This document shows positions 16,854 through 25,274 of a stretch of 50,535 nucleotides of DNA, piece after piece. The notes beneath the pieces are model-generated. The model did no database searches and was not told where the DNA came from. It was given only the letters and a program-made list of their open reading frames with translations. The stretch covers positions 90,509-141,043 of the forward strand of contig JAJYXK010000007.1 in the NCBI GenBank assembly GCA_021801825.1, read 5' to 3'. Numbering within the stretch: the stretch's first letter is position 1; each line of letters starts with the position of its first letter. The DNA comes from a bacterium (GTDB lineage Bacteria > Patescibacteriota > Minisyncoccia > UBA6257 > JAGOQP01). The position numbers and the translations under genes were made by a program.

Positions 16854-17540
16854 ATGAAAATATTATTTCAATCTCCAGATCTTATTGCGATTAATAAACC
16901 CGCGGGTATTTTGGTACACGGTGCGCCGCACATGAAGACAGATGAACCTACGGTGGTGAGGTGGGTTCTTGAAAACTTTCCATCTGTAAAAATAGTAGGA
17001 GATGATCCCGTACATAGACCAGGAATCGTGCACCGTCTTGATAAAGAAACTTCGGGGGTATTATTAATAGCCCTCACGCAGACTTATTTTGAATATCTAA
17101 AGAATTTATTTCAGAAGCATGAGATAAAGAAAACGTATTATGCTATCTGCGCGGGTATTCCAAAGAATAAGAAAGGAATAATTGATATAGCAATCGGTAT
17201 TAAATCAGGAACAACGAAACGAACGGTATTTTCTGGAAAAATGGCGAAATCAGCAATTACTGAATATGAAGTTGAGAAAGAATGGAACGAGGGAGGGGAA
17301 AAGCGTTGTTTGATGCGAGTTATACCCCATACAGGAAGAACACATCAAATTAGAGTACACCTTAATTATATAGGGTGTCCGGTAATAGGGGATGAGTTGT
17401 ACGGCGGTACAAAAAATAAGAAACGCGCTCCACGCCATATGCTGCACTGCTTTTCTATGGAATTTTGTGATATGAATAAAAAAACATTACATATCACAGC
17501 GCCACTACCTGATGATCTTAAAACATACCTACCACAATAA
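16854..17540 (+). CDS. RluA-family pseudouridine synthase (no S4 domain)
   Basis: Catalytic HRLDKETSGVLLIA and HTGRTHQIRVHL motifs. Confidence 0.9.
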   Translation: MKILFQSPDLIAINKPAGILVHGAPHMKTDEPTVVRWVLENFPSVKIVGDDPVHRPGIVHRLDKETSGVLLIALTQTYFEYLKNLFQKHEIKKTYYAICAGIPKNKKGIIDIAIGIKSGTTKRTVFSGKMAKSAITEYEVEKEWNEGGEKRCLMRVIPHTGRTHQIRVHLNYIGCPVIGDELYGGTKNKKRAPRHMLHCFSMEFCDMNKKTLHITAPLPDDLKTYLPQ

Positions 17541-17545
17541 TATCT

Positions 17546-17574
17546 TTGACAAATCATTGAATATCGGCTATAGT
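17546..17574 (+). promoter_or_regulatory. sigma-70-type promoter for rplS
   Basis: TTGACA (17546-51), 17-nt spacer, TATAGT (17569-74), 10 nt before the rplS ATG. Confidence 0.55.
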
Positions 17575-17583
17575 TTTTTCATT

Positions 17584-17910
17584 ATGATAGCGAAAGAAAC
17601 ATTAGATCAAATAAAGTCTGGGGCGCTCATCACCGTATCTGAACGCATTAAAGAGAAAGATAAGGAACGCGCAAGTAACTTTAAGGGTGTAGTTTTGGCT
17701 CGTAAACATGGTAACCAAAACGGCGCTACGTTTACCGTACGCGCGATGGTTGATGGAGTTGGTGTTGAGAAGGTGTATCCGATTAACTCTCCAAACGTCA
17801 TTTCGGTAAAAATAACCTCATCACCGAAGAAAGTGAAACGATCAAAATTGTATTTCGTACGTGATGTCTCCAAGAAAAAATCTCGCAAGAAAATTGGATT
17901 AGCAGTATAA
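17584..17910 (+). CDS. rplS: 50S ribosomal protein L19
   Basis: MIAKETLDQIKSG ... FKGVVLARKHGNQNGATFTVR ... GVEKVYPINSP. The internal ATG at 17584 avoids overlap with the upstream gene. Confidence 0.9.
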   Translation: MIAKETLDQIKSGALITVSERIKEKDKERASNFKGVVLARKHGNQNGATFTVRAMVDGVGVEKVYPINSPNVISVKITSSPKKVKRSKLYFVRDVSKKKSRKKIGLAV

Positions 17911-17913
17911 CAT

Positions 17914-17944
17914 AAAAAAGAGAAGCAATCGCTTCTCTTTTTTA
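17914..17944 (+). terminator. intrinsic terminator
   Basis: aaaaaagagaagc-aatc-gcttctcttttttt. Confidence 0.75.
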
Positions 17945-17971
17945 TGTTGTTATATGGTAGACGCTATCACC

Positions 17972-18000
17972 TTGAGCAGGATCTAGACACCTGATATAAT
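17972..18000 (+). promoter_or_regulatory. sigma-70-type promoter for the LAGLIDADG gene / tRNA-Leu
   Basis: TTGAGC (17972-77), 17-nt spacer, TATAAT (17995-18000). Confidence 0.5.
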
Positions 18001-18006
18001 TTATAT

Positions 18007-18672
18007 ATGAGGCCCATGAGTAAAATTAATATAAAATGGTCATCAGGGTTCGCGTATGCGATAGGGCTTATTGCGACTGATGGTAATTTATCACCGGATG
18101 GAAGGCACATCTCGTTTACTTCAAAAGATAAAGAGCTTGTTGACTTGTTTTTGCGTTCACTGCATATTTCATCCTCTATTGGGAAAAAAGCTCGCGGAGG
18201 GGAGATTGAAAAGAAATATTTTGTGGTACAAATAGGAGACGTGTTATTTTACAAATTCCTTGTATCTATAGGTATAACACCAAAAAAATCAAAAACTATT
18301 AGCGAGGTTAAAGTTCCAAAAAAATATTTCTATGATTTTTTGAGAGGACACTTTGACGGGGATGGAACGTTTTATTCCTACTGGGATAAACGATGGAAAT
18401 CAAGTTTTATGTTTTATATGGAATTCATATCTGCGAGTGAAAATCATATACAGTGGTTGCAGAAAGCAATTCAAAAAGAAGTTAATATTCATGGTCACAT
18501 AACAAGGAACAAAAGGAATTCTGTTATACAACTAAAGTATGCGAAGGCAGAATCCTTGAAATTAATACGGAAAATGTATTATGATAACCGAGTTCCTTGC
18601 CTATCTCGCAAACGAGATAAAATAATGAATATATTAGCGCGGGTGGTGAAACTGGTAGACACGCCATCTTGA
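18007..18672 (+). CDS. LAGLIDADG homing endonuclease (double-motif)
   Basis: Motif 1 FAYAIGLIATDGNL and motif 2 FLRGHFDGDGTF. The last 12 codons and the TGA stop (18670-72) lie inside tRNA-Leu. Confidence 0.85.
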   Translation: MRPMSKINIKWSSGFAYAIGLIATDGNLSPDGRHISFTSKDKELVDLFLRSLHISSSIGKKARGGEIEKKYFVVQIGDVLFYKFLVSIGITPKKSKTISEVKVPKKYFYDFLRGHFDGDGTFYSYWDKRWKSSFMFYMEFISASENHIQWLQKAIQKEVNIHGHITRNKRNSVIQLKYAKAESLKLIRKMYYDNRVPCLSRKRDKIMNILARVVKLVDTPS

Positions 18673-18718
18673 GGTGGTGGTGCCGAAAGGCTTGGAGGTT
18701 CGAGTCCTCTCCCGCGCA
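18637..18718 (+). tRNA. tRNA-Leu (GAG), long variable arm, no encoded CCA
   Basis: Acceptor GCGCGGG/CCCGCGC, anticodon arm CCATC-TTGAGGT-GGTGG, variable arm TGCCGAAAGGCTT, T arm GGAGG-TTCGAGT-CCTCT. Confidence 0.9.
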
Positions 18719-18722
18719 CAGG

Positions 18723-18757
18723 AAAACAAAACCCTTTTGCGGGGGTTTTGTTTTTTT
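18723..18757 (+). terminator. intrinsic terminator
   Basis: aacaaaaccc-ttttgcgg-gggttttgtt followed by a T-run. Confidence 0.7.
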
Positions 18758-18773
18758 GATACACTAGATTCAT

Positions 18774-19928
18774 ATGGACAAGAGAGAATATATTATGGCG
18801 ACTGATCCCACAGCGGAGCAGTTGCAAAAAGAATTAGAAACAAAAACAGATATAAAAAGCGAGCGACTCAAGCGTTTGTTGACGCTTCCTGATTTATCTC
18901 GCACCGAAAAATCTCCCATTAAATTTATTGTGGACGCAGTATTAACTCTGCCATTATTTGAGAAATTTGACGTACTGCAATTTCCCGAGATAGTGAGCAC
19001 TAAAGATAATTTTGATCTTCTAAATTCACCCGCGGACCATCCGAGTCGTAAAGAAACTGATACCTACTACGTGTCTCCAGAATATGTGTTGCGTACACAC
19101 ACCACAACAATGTGGTCATTCTACTTAAAAACCGAGGAAGCAAAAAAGAAGCTAGAAGAATCGGGAGAAGTGGGGCTTTTGGCTCATGGAAAAGTATATC
19201 GCAAAGATGAAATAGATAGGAATCATTTTCCGGTGTTTCATCAAGTTGATGGGTTATATATTTGTAAAAAAGACAAAAAAGCAATCGGTATCCCTGAGTT
19301 GCAAGAAGTTTTAACTGCCATCACTAAAACAATCTATGGAGAATCTATTACGTATCGTTTTTTGGAAGACACCTTTCCATTCACAGATCCGAGTACACAG
19401 ATTGAAATTCAGCAGGGCGATCAATGGCTTGAGGTGGTTGGCGCAGGAGTAGTGCATACGCAAGTGTTGCGAAATCTTGGCATAGACCCAGAGGTGTATA
19501 ATGGGTGGGCATTTGGTTTCGGTTTGGAGCGCTTGGCGATGGCAAAGATGCATATTAATGATATTCGGGTATTCTGGTCTACTGATCCACGCATTACAAA
19601 ACAGTTCACAGATTTAAACAGTCAGTATCAGGAGGTAAGTAAATATCCTATGACATATCGTGATATTTCATTCGTGGTGGGGAAAGATGTTTCATTAAAC
19701 AGCTATTACGAAATTGTGCGTGACTGCGTAAAAGAAAATATTATTGAGGAAGTAAAAATAACCGACACATATGAGAATGCGGAAAAATTCGGTTCTGGTA
19801 ATGTGAGTTATACATTTCGTATTGTGTATCGTTCTCCCGAGCGAACGCTTACTAATGAAGAAGTAAATAAAATCCAAGATGAAATTATAGAACGAACAAA
19901 AGAGGATCTTCGTGCAGAAATTAGATAG
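18774..19928 (+). CDS. pheS: phenylalanine-tRNA ligase, alpha-type catalytic core fused to an FDX-ACB anticodon-binding domain
   Basis: Class II core (HTTTMW.., FPFTDPSTQIEI, GAGVVHTQVL, GWAFGFGLERLAM). C-terminal YPMTYRDISFVV ... VSYTFRIVYRSPERTLTNEEVNKIQDEI is the ferredoxin-fold ACB pattern normally at the end of PheT. An alternative start lies at 18795. Confidence 0.88.
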   Translation: MDKREYIMATDPTAEQLQKELETKTDIKSERLKRLLTLPDLSRTEKSPIKFIVDAVLTLPLFEKFDVLQFPEIVSTKDNFDLLNSPADHPSRKETDTYYVSPEYVLRTHTTTMWSFYLKTEEAKKKLEESGEVGLLAHGKVYRKDEIDRNHFPVFHQVDGLYICKKDKKAIGIPELQEVLTAITKTIYGESITYRFLEDTFPFTDPSTQIEIQQGDQWLEVVGAGVVHTQVLRNLGIDPEVYNGWAFGFGLERLAMAKMHINDIRVFWSTDPRITKQFTDLNSQYQEVSKYPMTYRDISFVVGKDVSLNSYYEIVRDCVKENIIEEVKITDTYENAEKFGSGNVSYTFRIVYRSPERTLTNEEVNKIQDEIIERTKEDLRAEIR

Positions 19929-19946
19929 TATTCAAATTTTTAATTT

Positions 19947-19977
19947 CTCCGCCTACGTCGAAGCTTCGACGGACAAG
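19947..19977. repeat. GC-rich mini-element with 16-bp perfect palindrome cgtcgaagcttcgacg
   Basis: ctccgcctacgtcgaagcttcgacggacaag. The palindrome spans 19956-19971 and is followed by taatttttt. It is related to the reverse complement of 35274-35301. Confidence 0.7.
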
Positions 19978-20018
19978 TAATTTTTTATTAAATTTTCGGT
20001 AAAATAATTTTTAAACAT

Positions 20019-21041
20019 ATGAAAATAGCCATAAATGGATTTGGAAGAATTGGTCGCTTGCTACTTCGCCAAGTTATTAATAATCCAAGTATTGAAGTTG
20101 TCGCCATCAACGACCTTGGATCATTAAAAAATCTCGCATATCTATTTAAATACGACAGTGTATATAAGACACATCAAGGAGAGGTTGTATCCGACGAGAA
20201 AAAACAAACTATTTCTGTTAATGGAAAAGAAATAAAATTCTTTAGTCAAAAAGATCCGCTGCAATTACCGTGGAAAGATTTAGGAATTGATGTGGTGGTG
20301 GAATCAACGGGTGTGTTTGAATCATTTGAAAAGGCTCGTGTACATATTCAGGCGGGAGCAAAACGAGTGCTTATCACAGCGCCTGCGAAAGATGCTGATG
20401 GAGCTACGGGAAAGACGGTATTAATAGGAATAAATGACGAACATATAAAAACATGTGATATTACTTCAAATGCATCATGTACTACTAACGGCGCTTCTCC
20501 GGTTATGGCGGTATTGCAAGAAACTATTGGCATTGAGAAGGCGATCCTCTCAACAGTTCACGCATATACGGCGACACAAAGTATAGTAGACAGCCCGGTA
20601 AAAGGAGATGATTTTCGCAGAGGGAGGGCGGGGGCTCAAAATATCGTTCCTTCGTCTACCGGCGCAGCAAAAGCGGTAACACGAGCACTTCCGGATTTAG
20701 AAGGGAAGTTTGATGGCATTGCTATTCGTGTTCCCGTGGTGAGTGGTTCATTGGTTGATATTACGTTCATTGCAAAACGAGCAACTACCGTTGAGGAGGT
20801 AAACATGATTTTACAAAAAGCAGCTCAAGAAACACGATGGCAGGGATTACTAGGGTATACTGACGAACAAATCGTCTCAGGGGATATTATAGGAATGTCA
20901 TACGCTTCATTGGTGGATGGGCAATGCACGAGGGTGATAGATGGAACCTTGGTAAAAGTATGTGCGTGGTATGACAATGAATGGGGATACACTACGACAT
21001 TAGTGAAACATTTGGAAAAGATAAAAAGTGTTTTAGTATAA
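20019..21041 (+). CDS. gap: type I glyceraldehyde-3-phosphate dehydrogenase
   Basis: INGFGRIGR NAD-binding start and active site SNASCTTN. Full-length 340 aa. Confidence 0.95.
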   Translation: MKIAINGFGRIGRLLLRQVINNPSIEVVAINDLGSLKNLAYLFKYDSVYKTHQGEVVSDEKKQTISVNGKEIKFFSQKDPLQLPWKDLGIDVVVESTGVFESFEKARVHIQAGAKRVLITAPAKDADGATGKTVLIGINDEHIKTCDITSNASCTTNGASPVMAVLQETIGIEKAILSTVHAYTATQSIVDSPVKGDDFRRGRAGAQNIVPSSTGAAKAVTRALPDLEGKFDGIAIRVPVVSGSLVDITFIAKRATTVEEVNMILQKAAQETRWQGLLGYTDEQIVSGDIIGMSYASLVDGQCTRVIDGTLVKVCAWYDNEWGYTTTLVKHLEKIKSVLV

Positions 21042-21060
21042 TATAACATTAGAATGTAAT

Positions 21061-21083
21061 AAACCCGCTTTTGGCGGGTTTAA
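21061..21083 (+). terminator. intrinsic terminator (short T-run)
   Basis: aaacccgc-ttttg-gcgggttt followed by aaaa. Confidence 0.5.
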
Positions 21084-21103
21084 AATTATATTGAATCCAA
21101 TAA

Positions 21104-21137
21104 GCCAAAGTTTTTGACGATCGTCAAAAACTTTGGC
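21104..21137. repeat. 34-bp perfect palindrome with TGACGATCGTCA core
   Basis: gccaaagtttttgacga|tcgtcaaaaactttggc is an exact reverse complement. The half-site matches the 2301-2338 half-site at 13 of 16 aligned positions. Confidence 0.9.
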
Positions 21138-21223
21138 CTTCTAAAAACCCTCATGTATCTTCTATGTTATGTTTTGTTTCTATCACTTTATACTCATTCA
21201 TAAATACGATATACTGATTACAT

Positions 21224-22228
21224 ATGGAAAAACCACGAGCATTAACGGGGGATAGACCCACGGGACGACTTCATTTAGGACATTTTGTAGGATCCTTACA
21301 AAACCGGGTCTTACTTCAGGACACTCACGATCAATATGTGATGATCGCTGATATTCAGGGGCTCTCTGCAAACGCAGAAGATCCGCAAAAAATCAGAGAT
21401 AATGTGCTTGAAGTTGCTTTAGATTATTTAGCAGTTGGGTTGGATCCGAAGAAAACAACTATGTTTATTCAGTCTCTCGTCCCCGAGATTTCAGAGTTGA
21501 CGATGTATTTTCTTAATTTGGTTACTATTGCGCGCTTAGGACAAAATCCAACGGTAAAAACCGAAATGAAAGAGAAGGGTTTTGAAACCTCAGTTCCCGC
21601 AGGATTTTATATACATCCCGTGAATCAAGCGGCTGATATTTTAATATTTAAACCGAAAGTGGTTCCGGTGGGAGAAGATCAGCTTCCTATGATTGAACAA
21701 ACCAATGAGATTGTGGAGAAGTTTAATAGAATCTACGGAGAAACGTTTGAAAAAGTTGAGGGACTTATTTCAAACACACCACGACTTCCTGGTATTGATG
21801 GAAAAGCGAAGATGAGCAAATCGTTGGGGAATGCTATTTATCTTTCAGATTCAAAACATGATATAGAAAAGAAGGTAATGGAAATGTATACCGACCCTGA
21901 ACACATTAAGGCAACAGACCCTGGGCATATTGAGGGGAATGTGGTGTTTTCTTACTTGGATATCTTTGATGCTGATCACGAAGAAGTGTCTCGCTTAAAA
22001 CATCAGTATACACAGGGTGGGTTGGGAGATGTTACTTTAAAGAAAAGATTAATTGACATTCTTGATGCCTTATTAGCTCCTATGCGCGAGCGTCGTGCCG
22101 AGTTTGAAAAAAATCCTCAGGACGTACTCGCGATGCTTGCTGAGGGGACACAAAAAGCGCGAGGTACTGCGCAAACAACACTGGCACAGGTACGCGCCGC
22201 TATTGGTATTGATTATTTCAAGAAATAA
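21224..22228 (+). CDS. trpS: tryptophan-tRNA ligase
   Basis: Class I signatures GRLHLGHFVG (HIGH) and KMSKS. 334 aa. Confidence 0.95.
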   Translation: MEKPRALTGDRPTGRLHLGHFVGSLQNRVLLQDTHDQYVMIADIQGLSANAEDPQKIRDNVLEVALDYLAVGLDPKKTTMFIQSLVPEISELTMYFLNLVTIARLGQNPTVKTEMKEKGFETSVPAGFYIHPVNQAADILIFKPKVVPVGEDQLPMIEQTNEIVEKFNRIYGETFEKVEGLISNTPRLPGIDGKAKMSKSLGNAIYLSDSKHDIEKKVMEMYTDPEHIKATDPGHIEGNVVFSYLDIFDADHEEVSRLKHQYTQGGLGDVTLKKRLIDILDALLAPMRERRAEFEKNPQDVLAMLAEGTQKARGTAQTTLAQVRAAIGIDYFKK

Positions 22229-22251
22229 AACGTAAGGGAGTGTACACTATT

Positions 22252-23370
22252 ATGGACAACGGAGCATTAGATAAAACGATTATTCGTCTCGCAAAACAGC
22301 AACTTGGTAGAGCTGAGATTATTCGTATGCTCATTGCGGAAGGATATGAATCTTCCCAGATAGAGGAAGTGATTAATGAACTCTATTATTCCGGAAAACT
22401 ATCCTTTGATGTGAACGACTCTATAGAACAAGCGGGGATACACACCATCGATCGTTCTGTGGAGAATCCAGATTTAAAAATAGAAAAAATTTCACGATGG
22501 ACTCGTATAACTATATGGATACGTGTGCATCCCGGCCAAGCGTTTGGTGTAATGGGTGGGGTTCTAGTTCTTATAGCGGGAATTATAGGCGGGTTGGGTG
22601 GTTACACTTCTGCTCCCACTACGGTTCTAAATACCGCCCTTACCCATCTTGCCCAGCTGAAGGTTATTTCTTATGAAATATCTGGTTCTCTAAAGACAAA
22701 TACTTCGCAAACATTTAAGTTTGCTTCACAAGGAACGATCGCGACAACACCATCAACACAAGCGGTTGCCTCTATTACGTTCCAAGAAAATGATCAACCG
22801 CAATGGAGTATGGACGTAGTGCATACAAATCAGGATGCCATTTTTATAAAATTGATACGTGGGCCGCTCCCATATTCATTTCTCTACAATCAGTGGATTT
22901 TGGTGGGAACTTCTCAAGAGGATGTTGAGGCGTTGCAGTACCTGGGATTGCAAACCGTAGTGTCGCACGCAGGAATTCTTAGACCATTTCCCAAAGACGC
23001 CGTTTCTATTATACAGAATTCATTAGTTACTCCGGGCGCATACACCGCAATAACTCCACGCACCGATCTTAAAACAACGTGTCCTTCACTATATACGGTC
23101 GCGTTTGATTCTTCTCGTGTTATACAGGGAGCGTCTGTGCTTTTAGGAAATGATCCGCAAGTGCTTTCATTTATTACTGAGTCTCCCTGGGATGTTTGTG
23201 TTGACGCGGGAGGATCAATAGCGACCGTTTCTATAGCAAGCGCTGATGCGCGCGGGTTGGTAAAAGTATCAATGCTACCCACAAAGGTACTCCCATCATT
23301 TTCAATTGATGTTTTAGCAACTCCATTAACTACCATCGCGCAATGGGTACGAGAGGGGAAACAAAAATAA
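22252..23370 (+). CDS. membrane protein, hypothetical
   Basis: The ATG at 22252 is preceded by aagggag. Small cytoplasmic N-domain, one TM (AFGVMGGVLVLIAGIIGGLGG), then a large extracytoplasmic domain. Confidence 0.6.
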   Translation: MDNGALDKTIIRLAKQQLGRAEIIRMLIAEGYESSQIEEVINELYYSGKLSFDVNDSIEQAGIHTIDRSVENPDLKIEKISRWTRITIWIRVHPGQAFGVMGGVLVLIAGIIGGLGGYTSAPTTVLNTALTHLAQLKVISYEISGSLKTNTSQTFKFASQGTIATTPSTQAVASITFQENDQPQWSMDVVHTNQDAIFIKLIRGPLPYSFLYNQWILVGTSQEDVEALQYLGLQTVVSHAGILRPFPKDAVSIIQNSLVTPGAYTAITPRTDLKTTCPSLYTVAFDSSRVIQGASVLLGNDPQVLSFITESPWDVCVDAGGSIATVSIASADARGLVKVSMLPTKVLPSFSIDVLATPLTTIAQWVREGKQK

Positions 23371-23376
23371 TATAGT

Positions 23377-23988
23377 ATGAATCAACTTATTTCAGGAATT
23401 TTTATATATATAGTTATTGTGCTTTCAGCAACGTTTCACGAATACGCGCATGGATTTATGGCGTTTCAGTTAGGGGACGATACCGCAAAGCGTGCGGGAA
23501 GACTGACACTCAATCCATTAGCGCATCTTGATATGTTTGGAACGGTTATTGTTCCTGTCTTATTTATTTTAACCGCAGGGTCATTTGTGGGGTGGGCAAA
23601 ACCAGTTCCCTATAACCCACTAAATTTATCTGATAAAAAGTTTGGATCTTTAAAAGTTGCTATTGCAGGACCGCTGGCGAATATAGCTATTGCGCTTATT
23701 TTTGGTCTTCTTATAAGATTCGCAGGAGGGTTTTTTGTTGGTAGTATCGCATTGGAGCTTGTCTCTTTTATTGTGTTTGTAAATATATTTCTTACATTAT
23801 TTAACCTTATTCCCATTCCACCGCTAGATGGATCAAAAATTTTATTTGATTTGATTCCTGCGAGCACTCGTGTGTTAGAGGGGGTTGGATTTATAGGAAT
23901 TTTTATTGCGCTTGCATTTTCATTCTACGTTTTAAGTCCTATCGCGTATTCCGTGTTTAAGTTGATTACGGGAGTTGTATTGTTTTAG
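23377..23988 (+). CDS. site-2 protease family (M50) membrane metalloprotease
   Basis: HEYAHG (HExxH) in TM1 and NLIPIPPLDGSK second motif. Polytopic. Confidence 0.85.
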   Translation: MNQLISGIFIYIVIVLSATFHEYAHGFMAFQLGDDTAKRAGRLTLNPLAHLDMFGTVIVPVLFILTAGSFVGWAKPVPYNPLNLSDKKFGSLKVAIAGPLANIAIALIFGLLIRFAGGFFVGSIALELVSFIVFVNIFLTLFNLIPIPPLDGSKILFDLIPASTRVLEGVGFIGIFIALAFSFYVLSPIAYSVFKLITGVVLF

Positions 23989-24178
23989 TCACCCTGGACA
24001 TATTTTTATTTTTGGTTTAGCATATCCTACGGCACCATTAGTTAACTATGTTCAACCAATATTGTGGAGGTTTTATGCATTTATTATCTTTCACCATCTA
24101 TCTTGCTAGGTCAGGAGGATGAATATATGAACATAGGAGAATAATTCCTAAAAATTCTAAAAGCAAGTAAAGAGCACG

Positions 24179-24217
24179 CCCAGCGTTGCAACATAATAGT
24201 TGCCCCTGGGTTTTTTG
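24179..24217 (+). terminator. orphan intrinsic terminator in the rpsL upstream region
   Basis: cccag-cgtt-gcaac-ataata-gttgc-cc-ctggg followed by ttttttg. It lies 190 nt after the M50 stop. Confidence 0.45.
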
Positions 24218-24263
24218 TATATCAAGCTTAGTATGGTAAACATTAACATACGCAGGCATTGTA

Positions 24264-24293
24264 TTGACTTTACCCCAATTTATTTGATATAGT
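24264..24293 (+). promoter_or_regulatory. sigma-70-type promoter for the rpsL operon
   Basis: TTGACT (24264-69), 18-nt spacer, TATAGT (24288-93). Confidence 0.5.
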
Positions 24294-24341
24294 ATCGCTA
24301 CCGTCCAATTAATGGATGTTTTATTTTATTGATATATTGCT

Positions 24342-24764
24342 ATGCCAACGATTAGCCAACTCGTAAAAAGAGGAAGAAAAACAACTATAAAGAAATCAAA
24401 ATCACCCGCGATGGGGTTATATTTCAATACGGTGTTAAATAAGCCGGTAAATTCAGGATCTCCTTTTAAAAGAGGAGTCTGTTTGAAGGTGTTTACCACC
24501 ACTCCGAAAAAACCAAACTCCGCATTGCGTAAAGTTGCGCGTGTTCGTTTAACAAATGGCATGGAAGTTACTGCATACATTCCAGGAGAGGGACACAATT
24601 TGCAGGAACACTCAGTAGTTATGATTCGCGGGGGACGCGTGAAAGATCTTCCGGGGGTTCGTTATCATATTGTGCGCGGCCGCTTTGACTCAGTGGGCGT
24701 TACGAACCGCAAACAGGAACGCAGTAAATATGGAGTTAAGAAGTCAACAGCTAAAGCTAAATAA
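24342..24764 (+). CDS. rpsL: 30S ribosomal protein S12
   Basis: [12 protein letters not shown] ... [22 protein letters not shown] ... [18 protein letters not shown]. Confidence 0.97.
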   Translation: MPTISQLVKRGRKTTIKKSKSPAMGLYFNTVLNKPVNSGSPFKRGVCLKVFTTTPKKPNSALRKVARVRLTNGMEVTAYIPGEGHNLQEHSVVMIRGGRVKDLPGVRYHIVRGRFDSVGVTNRKQERSKYGVKKSTAKAK

Positions 24765-24767
24765 TGT

Positions 24768-25235
24768 ATGAGAAAAAAAAGAAATTATAAGCGGGAAATT
24801 CTTCCCGACATACGGTACGAAAATCTCGCAATTGCGCGCTTCATTAACTATCTTATGCAAGATGGTAAAAAATCAGTCGCGCAGAAAGTAGTATATGATG
24901 CGCTTGATGAAGTTGCTCAAACAACCGGAAAGGATGCCTTGGAGGTATTTGAAAAAGCGCTTGAAAATGCAAGTCCTATTTTTGAAGTTGTTTCAAAACG
25001 CGTAGGAGGGGCAAACTATCAGGTTCCTCGCGAAGTGCGCGCTGACCGAAAATTCTTCTTGGGATGCAAATGGATGATTGAAGCAGCCCGCTCAGTAAAA
25101 GGAAAACCAATGAGCAAGCGATTAGCGGCAGAATTTATTGCAGCATTCAATAACGATGGCGCAGCAATCAAGAAGAAACAAAACGTACACAAGATGGCAG
25201 AAGCAAACCGCGCATTCGCTCATTTTGCCCGGTAA
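24768..25235 (+). CDS. rpsG: 30S ribosomal protein S7
   Basis: Follows rpsL by 3 nt and ends ...MAEANRAFAHFAR, typical of S7. Confidence 0.97.
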   Translation: MRKKRNYKREILPDIRYENLAIARFINYLMQDGKKSVAQKVVYDALDEVAQTTGKDALEVFEKALENASPIFEVVSKRVGGANYQVPREVRADRKFFLGCKWMIEAARSVKGKPMSKRLAAEFIAAFNNDGAAIKKKQNVHKMAEANRAFAHFAR

Positions 25236-25274
25236 CATCATTTATTATTCTTAACTACTAACTCAACCACTTTT

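Noticed and set aside
16818-16856. 12-codon upstream ORF (MLIGASTVGNET*) overlapping the RluA-family start by ATGA, with aaggag 9 nt upstream
   Set aside because: It is very short, no conservation can be assessed here, and the SD may simply serve nothing. It is noted only as a possible translational-coupling leader.
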